64,000 nucleotides of DNA from Owenia fusiformis (taxonomy: Eukaryota), in the NCBI GenBank assembly GCA_903813345.2, contig CAIIXF020000001.1:8060001-8124000 (forward strand). The letters run 5' to 3'. The notes under the pieces were generated by a model. It worked only from the letters and a program-made list of their open reading frames with translations. It searched no databases and was not told the DNA's origin. Position 1 is the first letter of the stretch; the number at the start of each line of letters is the position of its first letter. Shown here piece after piece: positions 1-10,537 of the stretch. The translations under genes were made by a program, and so were the position numbers.

Positions 1-1845
1 AACATTTCATCTTTGGAATATCTGTCACATGGTTTTGGTTAAAGTGTTTAATCAGCTTATAATATGCGGAGTAAAGGGGTAGATTTCATGTGTGATTTAC
101 ATTTTAGACGGATCTTGAAATTTTCATTGAGCTTTTTCATTCATTCACCAAATATTAAATGCTGAAAAGTTAACAGATATAGCTTAGTACATCAGAAATA
201 AATATTCATGAATCTTATAGCTGTTAATTCTTCACTTATCTACAAGTCATTTATCAATTGTAACAGAGTTTTGTTCTATCTGTGTACAGGTTATACTGAA
301 GTTATGATATTGTCCAGGGTCAGTTGCATGCAGTCAGTGTCAGTATAATACAGTAGTTTTATAGCATAAGTTGTGTTTTTATTAGTAGCCAGGAAACATA
401 AGGTGTCTGCAGACCTATCAGCAAGGGAGGGCTGCTAGCTTTCCTCGTGTTTGAAAAATTGTGAAAAACTGAAAAGGCCTGAAATTGGTCGTACAAATAA
501 CTAAAACTTTTCTTAACAAAATCTTTATTTTTTCATCACTTCTTTGGAATTCTCTCAGGGATAGAATTGAATTTTGTTTGAGAGAACAAATTTCCTGGAC
601 ACTAAAAATTTGTCAGATGCTTCATCGACATGCTTGTCCTGGCTACTAATGCATTTCACCTAGAATAAGCTAAATAATTGTAGTTAGTTGATGACTAAAT
701 ATTTCATAAGTACATGTATACACAATATTACATTGAAAGGTGCAGGTAACATTTCTGATTTGATTTGGAGTTTGGTAAAAGAGATTACTTGGTACTGTAT
801 TATGATTAAGAATGGAATTATTAGAGAGTTATAATCGATAATTATAATATTGTTATTATTTAATGGTGATGGATTATATATTTTCATATTATCTTTTATT
901 GTCTTTTTAATTTTAAATTCCTTAAATGTTCTATATGTTCTGTTTTGTTAGGTGGGTGGATGTGGGACCTTGACCCTATGACTTTAATCCAGTCTTACGC
1001 TTTAGTGCACCAAGCATGACATGATTCTCAATGAACACACAATTAATAGGTCAAAGTTATGGTGACAGCACATACACATCTGGTAGAAAAATGTATGAAT
1101 GACCGGAATGTACTTTTTGTACCAGATGTATGTATTATGACAACCCAAGGAAATTGTACCATTGCACAGTGAATGTTTTCTCCATGCACTTCTTTATAAT
1201 GATGTACTAAGTATCATCAATTAGCTTGGGAATTAAATAGCAGATCTACAATGTAGAACTAATCTAGAAAATATTCACATGTATGCTACAATTTCTACTG
1301 CACCCACTATTTTTTGTTACCCCAAGTATTTCAACCCCACCCTACTATACCCAGCTTTTCTCTAATGTTATTTTAAAATGTGCTCTATGATTTTATGGAT
1401 AGTTTGATAATTTTGATTGCCTTATGATTTTGCATGAAGTTGTAGTTCAACTATTAGCTTTGCAATTTATGTGAGCCTTTTTTGTTGTTTTTGTAGATTC
1501 TTATTTTCTGTTTTTGTATAATAATGTCATTTGTGGTAATAGTGCAGGTGTGACGTGTGGCAACATTGTACAATCTAATCTAACTTTCATGTGATGTTGA
1601 CAAATGATAATAAGAAACAATGTGTGATGTTATCTCTTATAAGTGAAGTTTTCCCCTTGGTTATAGAGGCAGGTGGTGCATTAAATGCTACTGTGGATTA
1701 ACATGGGCTTTATGTGCAATGAAAAACGAGCAGATCGATCCACCTGCCTTTGCTACTCATTTGTCTTACTTGGGGTTACGTTAGTGGTTTGTTACCCAAT
1801 TTGGTGGTTGTCATAGTTACCATTGCTTTGTGTTTTATTTTGCAG

Positions 1846-1972
1846 TCCTATGGGTCCGAGAGGGAGTAAACAATTCAGCTCGTTCACTCTCCAACCATCT
1901 TCAAACAAGTACACCCCCTCCTCTGGAGGGCTACCTCGCACAAACTCCCAAGATGCTAGTTCAATGGGATAG
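1846..1972 (+). CDS. Candidate terminal coding exon A of an unidentified upstream gene (phase 2; PMGPRGSKQFSSFTLQPSSNKYTPSSGGLPRTNSQDASSMG*)
   Basis: Pyrimidine-rich acceptor ttttattttgcag| ends at 1845; frame is open to TAG at 1970-1972; N-terminal peptide resembles the candidate exon at 2316. Confidence 0.5.
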
Positions 1973-2315
1973 CGAACTGACTGGGACACTTGTCCTATAT
2001 GTCTCCACATGCACATGGCTTTGACACTGCACACGATGCACATGGCCAGGAAGTATTGATCAATATCCATTAAGTTGCAGCAATTTTAGGTGTTGTTGTG
2101 ATCAGCCATTGCTTCTAAAGCTATGTACCTATGTACTCTCTTGTTATGAGCCACAGTTCTTATGATTGTGCTCTCACAGGCGTAACATTGCTTGCCATCT
2201 GTAAAAGATGGTGAACATCCTAGCACATAATGTACTCAATGCAGGTGTGCTATAGGTGAGGTCTATAGGTGTGCTCTCTCGGGTGGTGTGCTGTAGCTTT
2301 ATGTTGTACTTTCAG

Positions 2316-2436
2316 TCCTATGCCATCGAGGGGAGCCAAGCAATACACATCATTTAATTTACCTCAGAAGCAACTATCATCCCCCGTCTCTAAATCTGCG
2401 ACACTTCCACCCAATATGAAGCCTCCAAAGAGCTAG
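2316..2436 (+). CDS. Candidate terminal coding exon B of the same upstream gene (phase 2; PMPSRGAKQYTSFNLPQKQLSSPVSKSATLPPNMKPPKS*)
   Basis: Acceptor tgtactttcag| ends at 2315 with the same cag|tcctatg start as exon A; frame is open to TAG at 2434-2436; followed by a long AT-rich UTR-like region with AATAAA at 5595-5600. Confidence 0.5.
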
Positions 2437-4631
2437 GACTAGATGTGTACCGGTGCAGGAGAACACATGTAAACACAAAAATAAACAACCATTATATTTA
2501 AGTACAAATATTATACCAATAAAACAGACACCATTTACTATTCAATCCTATGCCTAATGTATCCAAATGAAATAACAATCTGGATGTACAAGTACCAAAC
2601 ATTTTGAGCACCCCCTGTCTTGGGGTACAGTGTAGAAGACAAAAGTAAGTTATATACTAATTTATGGAAGTAGAACTGATAGACCTCTTCACTTTTACTT
2701 TCCAATGGTAAAGACTTCACCTTTAATTGATCGACAATTTATATTTTATATGTTATATTTTATGCATGTATGTTGTATTTTATGCAAAAAGTACAGTATA
2801 TAATATTGTTCCCAATCAAGGAATAATGTGGTCTGGATGTTGTTTCAAACTGTTCAGTATTTAGAATGTCAAGTAAAATATGTTTATGTGAACAATCTCA
2901 AGTATCCAATACCTACTGGGGTTCTAGGAAGATGACATGTTGAAATATATACTGTATCTATGGAGAGGGATGGATATTATCTGTATCTTCTCCCTTATCT
3001 CTAGGGCTGTGGACATATAGAAATATCTGTAACTACTCCTCCATTTTAGAAAACACAATTAACACATTTCAGTATTTCAAAATGAAAGGCAACAAGTAGG
3101 TACTTCATGAACTTACTTTTATATATTCACCTCCTCAAGAGACACATATATTCCAAACCTCTAAGTACATAACCATTATGTATTATAAACACTGTACTGT
3201 TGAAGTACATTCATATACTGTAGTACCTTTTTCAGTGGTCCTCACATTTTTGAAAGTAAGTTTTACAATGTACACAGAAGGCCCATATACCCGATAATCT
3301 CTTTGAATATTAATTATCAGTATTTTTTACTGTTTTAAACCAATCATCCAAAACTTGCCAAAAATCGATGGTGATTGTCAAGTTTGTTGTGAAAAGGAGT
3401 GTAGAGCAATGTGAAAGATAACCTGATATTGGTGCACATTTGTAATATTGTATAATTGTAATATTGTATAATATCTATTGTAGTCACTTTATAACAAGGG
3501 TATATTATGCAACACACTAAAATGATGTAAAAATGTATGAATATTTATATTCCATAATGAATGGCTGTAATGTCTTGCTGTATAAATTGTATGATATAGA
3601 AGTTCACTTATGAATAATCACTAACTTGGGGACAATTCTCTACATCATTGTGCACTATTGAGTTTATAAGGCCTTTTTATAGATGGCAGTTCACTTGTTG
3701 TCACCCATGGTTGTTTTTAAATGTTTCATCGGGTTATGTGTAAATGTTTATTGTTTATTAACTTAAACCATATAAAGCAAACTAACACCAATTTTTGCAA
3801 TTGTTCACTTAATTTCTTAAATGTTTGAATGGTTTTATTAATGGCCATATTTGATGTAATTTATACATCTTGATATATAAAACAAACCACTGATTCCAAT
3901 GCCATCTATTAATGGTGTTTGAATCCATAACCTGAGTGTATCAGTGCTGTTGTAATAGACATACAAGGGAATGTTGGTTGGGTTTTTAAATCCTTGTCCA
4001 TTATACAGTGTCAGTAAGGTGGGGATCTTTGGTTTTGTGATGTAGGCCTACCTTGATTTAAAGAATTGATCCCATGGTGAAACCTGATAGATACATCATG
4101 ACCTACTAAGGTAGGCAGAGGTGCAGAATGCATGCCCCTCAAAGGTTGTGTTTTATATACATCATTATCCTCTGAGTATAACCATTATACCACACCAAAC
4201 AGGGCATTGTAGAGCAAATAATTATTTAACTCAATTTCACATGACATTTATCTTATTATTAGCCATATACTAATAGAAGCTCCATATCATTATGATAATT
4301 TCCAAATTTTGAGATCAATTGATTTTCCTTAGAATGGCATCACTTCATAAACAATTAGGCTCGTACATTTGTCTAGTGTAGGTAACGTTAGAAAATGTTG
4401 TCAATCAAAGCTCAAACTTCCAAGGTGCCTTTCACACTGTTGTAAAGATGCAGTATATCACTCACCGAAATGAAATCAAAAAAATTATTGAAATACATAT
4501 CTTCAACATCATAGAGCTAAATATCCCAAAAACACAATATAACAAATACTATTATAGATAACAATGGTTAGTCTTGGTAAACACGCCATTGTTAGGCCAG
4601 TATTTTTGCAGCCTCCCTATAGTTTAACGTA

Positions 4632-4795
4632 CAGTTAAACTGTGGATATGCCCTTCTTACCAACCAAATTTGTTCCATGTATACAGGTGTTCCTTATGGA
4701 CATTAACATTGACGTTGATGGGACTTGGTTCTTTTAAAAACTTCCATTATGGAGAGGTTTTTAACTGAGAGGGCTCCACTTTGCAGGTTTTGCTG
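4632..4795. mobile_element. Degenerate short MITE (TA-flanked, cag...ctg ends, pogo/Tigger-like)
   Basis: ta|cagttaaactg ... caggttttgctg|ta; the TIRs are imperfect. Confidence 0.35.
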
Positions 4796-6357
4796 TAATT
4801 AAAGTCTCACACTTATTCATTCACCATTCCACGAATGCCGAATGGTGTTTATATTACTGCCAAACCTGTGTTGATTAACCAATTGTTACAGTGTATGATT
4901 ATAAGAAAAGGTATGTCAAAATATCAACTGTTTGAAATGTATTTGTTTAGCAGGGAGGGGTTGGAATTTTAAATTATTACTCTGTAGATATCCCAGTATT
5001 GAGATTATCTTTGGAAGAAAAGTTATAATTGTGATTGAAAAGCAAATGAACAATGAAATCACATACATTTTCTATAGTTGATATTTAGGCATAGTCCTTA
5101 GTCTAAGACTATACAGATAAATAAATAACTGTATAGAAAATTGCAGTGTTCTAATAAATCAAGTATGTAGTCATTAGATAAAGGTGATTTCCATTTCCAC
5201 AGCAATCAAAATAAGCAGTTCACTCATTCTTACATCAACTCATTTTAACTCATTTATTATTCGAATCTAGTAAATAAATTAAAAGTTTAATGAGATTTTC
5301 TTAAGAGTGGAGGTCACCTCATATCATAGAGATATATTATGGACAGTATAGCTGGTAGAGAATATCAGGAGGTTTTAATGCCGGAAGCTTGCTAGATAAG
5401 TAGTGACACATTGGGTTTATAACCTACTATTTTATGTACTGTATAATACTTTTGTAAATCAATGCTTACGTGAGGAGGTACAGTTTGACACTAAGGGAAA
5501 TGTAACATCTGCTGTATGCAACATTGTTATAATGGAGGTAGCAACATTGTTAATATTGAATACCTGTAATCTAAATGAAAATAATATAATATAAAATAAA
5601 GTGTCATGAGACATATTTCTGCTTTATCTTGTTTTTGATTTCAACTTCTGGAAAACACATTTTGATGAACTAACAGACTAAGGAAAATGGTTTTCAGAAA
5701 CCATCTTCAAAAATGAAACTGAAACTAGTAGTTTGAGATTTGAACAATCACACTTTAAGTTTTGACGTTGGGGAATTTCAACAATATACACCGCAGATGC
5801 TGTTGTCCATATCGACAGGAATTATTTATTAAATTCTTTACACGTTTCTTACAAGAATAAACACTAGCGCTGTGTTACATTTTGCAAGAATACAGTTCTT
5901 GTTCATATGTTGTATACAATGTTCAATTTGACCAAATGTCCGTTGGTTGCTTTAACATACCATCAAATACATGATATTTTTAAGTGATGCAACAATGGTT
6001 TTGAGCCTATACTTCAGGGGAGAAAGATCAAAACGAAAACAAATCTCCAACATTTTGGAAAATAACATCTGCAGTCTATGTTTTCTGGCATCTCAATGTC
6101 TGGTTCAATATATGGGTGCTACTACTGGATAAGTTTTAAATGATGTCATTGATTTTTTTGTACATTAATGAACACATTTTAAATTGTACCAAAACTGTTC
6201 AACATTATGTTTGTTTTTTTTGTTTGTTTATTATTGATATTCAACATTATACATGTGTGTAAATATGCAAAAATCAGAAACGAGTTTTGTAAATAAGTTT
6301 ATATCTGTAACTGAAGCCGAGAAATGAAATTTCAAAATTATCCCAGAATTCAGTATT

Positions 6358-6404
6358 CTCAGTCGACAATACACTCGAATAGAGCTTTATATTGTTGACG
6401 TCAT
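6358..6404 (-). promoter_or_regulatory. SECIS element (type II) of the selenoprotein M-like gene
   Basis: Minus strand reads ATGAC-GTCAACAATAT-AAA-GCTC-TATTC-GAGT-GTATTGTCGAC-TGAG: AUGA/GA quartet, 11-bp helix II, unpaired AAA and an apical mini-helix. It lies downstream of the selenoprotein CDS on the same strand. AATAAA on the - strand at 6227-6232 and 5825-5830. Confidence 0.9.
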
Positions 6405-7608
6405 TATTGGGCAATATGAAAATATCATTCAATACTTCATATACAGATATCAGCTAGCCTTGCCCAAGTCGGTCTCCTTTACTATCTGATTTCTATTATG
6501 ACCGCCTTGTACCAAAGAGAAAGCCACGTGCTTTACCGACTCAATGTTTATGTCGGTAAAATTTGACCAATCAACGACGGCCCTGCAGCGTTAGCTCATT
6601 ATTATGCGAGGTCAAAAACAAGTACACTTTTCGTCGGGACTTTTCACGAACAAATCTTGCATGAATTCACGGACGTCAAGTAAGTTTCTGGCGAAAGCCG
6701 GAGCATAGATTATTTAGAGGACTGGAAACCAGAATGACATACCTTTTTATTTCCCGAATCTCGCCTGAAATTAGCTCATCTTGGTGACTGTAACCTGTAT
6801 ATCTGTATTAATAGAGTCTTTTTGTATCGCATCTGCCTCAATTTTAAAGTTTAATTGGTATCTTTAATATGATTTCACTGTTTTTGTGGACTGGTACGAT
6901 TAAGCCAAGCAAATGGCAGCTGATCTGTTCAAAGTACTTTTAGTACTAATTATCGCAAATGACAATAATTTTGGAAACAAAATTATACTAAATAGATTAC
7001 CTTAAGCATCTAAGGTAAGTAAAACTAGATGAACAACTGAGTCAATAGTGAGAAATAGGCCAAAATGAACTGCCAGAATTGAAATAGACTGCCATCTTGT
7101 TTCCAGTCCTCTAAATAATCTATGCTCCAGCTTTCGCCAGAAACGTACTTGACGTCCGTGCATGAATTCATCATGAAAATACAAATATTTTATCAGATAA
7201 ATATCAATCAGAGTTAATTAAGTGGATGCCAGACATCGATCGGTAACCGGAGGTTAGAAGATTTCAACAATAAACGTTGAAAGGATCGCTGAATTCAAAT
7301 GAACATGTAGGCTGAGATTCAATTACTGATCGACGACTACATGACCCGCTACATTGGACTAGGTCTTGCATTTTCATCGCGAGATCAGTTTTAAATCTAT
7401 TGCATGATTTAATTTATATTAATGACTCTTACATTCCCTATGTACATTTAATTACATAATATATTGTAACTCTAAAGAAACGGTCGCGATCGATCAGATC
7501 ATTGAATTTCAAGTCGTAGACGGGAAGATCGTTTTGCTGTGCAGCTCAACCTGATAACGTTTTGATTGGTCAATCAGCCTGAAGTCACACGTCGTGTCCA
7601 CGCGTATA

Positions 7609-10154
7609 GGGTTAACCCAACCAATTGTTATAACATGCGTATTCCCATACAAACGATCTGTCTTCCAGAGAAAACTAAGATTTGTGGAGATGTTTTGCTA
7701 TCATTCCATCATACCCCAGTATGTCCTCTGTCAGTGAAAAAAGTTTGAATCAAAACTCCCCACGAAAATCAAAAGATCTCACCTGTTGAAGACGCCATCT
7801 ATAGAAAATGTCAAAAAATGTCATTCTGATTTTGACAGATGGAGGCAGGTCAAAAAAGTCAAATTTTTTAAAGAAAATGCACCTTAATCACATCAAATCA
7901 TGTCTCAGAGTTGGTCCATACATACACCTTTTCATTCATGTACTTACCAAAATCCAACCACTGGTGATGCTAATGTAATTACAATAATTGGACTATATTT
8001 TTGTTTTTATAATGCCATCTATTCGTCTTCCCACTCGGCGGAAGGATCTAATGGTTGAGTGTCCCCTAGTAGTGACCCATCCTTTAAGTAACAATTGTAA
8101 TTTCCTCCAAAATGTAACCCCAAGTTGTTTTCTAGTAAAATAATACAAACCGCAAGCAGATTCGACTATTTTTTCCAGATATATGAATGATTAAAGTTAC
8201 CCACCTCCTTTCTGCAATTAGATGTTTTCCTGGGATATTGACTAAAATTGTAACCTATGGCTAGATGTGTTGGGAGGTGTCTAGTATGAGCTGGGGAGGT
8301 AGTACAGAGCTGAATGAGCTATATCTGGAAAGCACATTTTGCCTAGAATCAATTTTTGTAATTTAAAGAAATAGTCAATTAATATCTCTTATTTATGCGC
8401 ATATTTAAATAGCACGGGTAGATTTTTGCAAAAAAATGCCTATTCGACACTTTTGGGAAATAGTACAGGCCATCGTGTCATTAAACTTTGTCAAATGATA
8501 GAACAATTCATGTGTTATCAACTACATGAACTAATAGTAATCATTATTATTGCTTCTGAATGTTTACAGAGAAATATTTAGTATGGAGGATACAGAAAAA
8601 TTGGTCATTTTCTCCAATTGTTGTTCTACCCTGGGGAATATTCATCAAAGAAAGCCAAAACAACACATATTTCCAATTATAGGTCTCCCAATTGATAAAT
8701 GATCTCTCTGTACACTGTATTTGATTACTTAGGGTTAAGTCAAGGTTAGGGTTAGGGGTTAGGGTTAGGCTTGGGCTTAGGGTTAGGCTATAGATAGAGC
8801 TAGGGGTAGTGTTGGGGTTAGGGTTAGGCTCTGGCTTAGGGTTAGGCTATAGTTAGGGTTAGGGGTAGTGTTGGGGTTAGGGTTAGGGGCTAGGGTTAGG
8901 CTCTGGCTTAGGGTTAGGCTATAGTTAGGGTTAGGGGTAATGTTGAGGTTAGAGTAAGGGGTTAGGGTTAGGCTCTGGCTTAGGGTTAGGCTATAGTTAG
9001 GGTTAGGGGTAGTGTTGGGGTTATGGTTAGGGGTTAGGCTCTGGCTTAGGGTTAGGCTGTAGTTAGGGTTAGGGATAGTGTTGGGGTTAGGGTTAGGGGT
9101 TGGGGTTAGGCTCTGGCTTAGGGTTAGACTATAGTTAGGGTTAGGGGTAGTGTTGGGGTTAGGGTTAGGGGTTGGGGTTAGGCTTAGGGTTAGGCTATAG
9201 TTAGGATTAGAGATAGTGTTGGGGTTAGGGTAAGGTCATGGCCAATGATTTAGCCTTCCAGAGCAAAATTTGTGAAAATTCCAATAAAAATCATGGAAAC
9301 AGTGGAGAAATATGACCAAACTAACACAAAGTTGACTCCTGGTTGGAGCCTATGACGGATGTGTTGGGAGATGTCTAGTTTGAGCTGGGGAGGTATTACA
9401 GAGCTGAATGAGCTATATCTGGAAAGCACATTTTGCCTAGAATCATTTTTTGTGATTAAGAAAAATAATCAATAAATTTCTCTAATTTATTCACATATTT
9501 AAATAACACGGGGTAAATTTTTTGCGGAAAAATGCTTATTCAGCACTTTTTGGGATAAGCATGGACCATAGTGACATGAAACTCTGTCAAACACATTGAG
9601 AGAGCTGAAATGAATGAAAGTTCCAATAAAAACTGGAAATAGTTGAGAAATATGACCAAATTAAAAAAAAGTGGTACTCCAGAATGGGCGATAATAGGGT
9701 TAACCCAACCAATTGTTATAACATGCGTATTCCCATACAAACGATCTGTCTTCCAGAGAAAACTAAGATTTGTGGAGATGTTTTGCTATCATTCCATCAT
9801 ACCCCAGTATGTCCTCTGTCAGTGAAAAAAGTTTGAATCAAAACTCCCCACGAAAATCAAAAGATCTCACCTGTTGAAGACGCCATCTATAGAAAATGTC
9901 AAAAAATGTCATTCTGATTTTGACAGATGGAGGCAGGTCAAAAAAGTCAAATTTTTTAAAGAAAATGCACCTTAATCACATCAAATCATGTCTCAGAGTT
10001 GGTCCATACATACACCTTTTCATTCATGTACTTACCAAAATCCAACCACTGGTGATGCTAATGTAATTACAATAATTGGACTATATTTTTGTTTTTATAA
10101 TGCCATCTATTCGTCTTCCCACTCGGCGGAAGGATCTAATGGTTGAGTGTCCCC
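7609..10154. mobile_element. Nested composite element with two identical 458-bp long terminal direct repeats (7609-8066, 9697-10154); KolobokP-like architecture, non-autonomous
   Basis: The two copies are identical by eye. Each has imperfect short TIRs (gggttaacccaacca / revcomp ggggacactcaacca) and no TG...CA ends. Flanks are ata...ata. The 1.6-kb interior has a diverged ~240-bp direct repeat (~8264-8495 / ~9358-9590) and no coding ORF. Confidence 0.75.
8729..9236 (+). repeat. Degenerate (TTAGGG)n-derived minisatellite, ~60-75-bp higher-order unit
   Basis: Repeating ggctctggcttagggttaggctatagttagggttaggggtagtgttggggttaggg; G-rich on the + strand. Confidence 0.95.
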
Positions 10155-10537
10155 ATATCTGTTAATCAATAAGGTTTCGCGATACCCCTGATAGCGTAGG
10201 TATTATGGAAATCTCGAAACCGTTGAATATCTCAGCATAATAGCAGCGGAGATGTATTGCATTGTACAAGGCGGTAATAATTCAAGATCAGATAAGTAAA
10301 AAATACCGACTTGGGCAAGGCTAATATCAGCTTGTACAATGCAAAATGTCCCACCAATTTGCAGTTTTGGAGATCACTGAGGCTTCTATATAAAGTGGTG
10401 TCTTGTAGGCTAGAAAGCTTTTTTAGACAATTCTCCTATGGTTATGGATATTGTTATATCATCTAAAAACTTAATCGAATGGAGAACAATCCATGTCTTA
10501 TATTGCTATAAGGGAGATAACTGGTAAACTTCTCATG

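Larger units (their letters stand above)
6455..10323. mobile_element. Non-autonomous hAT-like DNA transposon (3869 bp) in the selenoprotein 3' UTR
   Basis: Perfect 19-bp TIR tagccttgcccaagtcggt (6455-6473 / 10305-10323), imperfect to ~36 bp; perfect 8-bp TSD atatcagc (6447-6454 / 10324-10331); internal 62-bp inverted repeat 6668-6729 / 7099-7160; no transposase ORF. Confidence 0.9.

Noticed and set aside
952-1020. Possible additional exon after ttttgttag
   Set aside because: The acceptor is plausible, but the short frames have no recognisable or repeated peptide support.
8729-9236. True telomere or chromosome fusion scar
   Set aside because: The array is degenerate, short, in one orientation and enclosed within nested mobile elements.
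7609-10154. LTR retrotransposon/TRIM or hammerhead retrozyme
   Set aside because: The repeats lack TG...CA ends, no PBS/PPT was seen, and I found no CUGANGA...GAAA hammerhead core in the repeat.
10331-10537. SECIS in the proximal 3' UTR before the insertion
   Set aside because: ATGA/GTGA candidates here lack a properly paired helix II closing on a 3' GA; only 6404-6358 fits.
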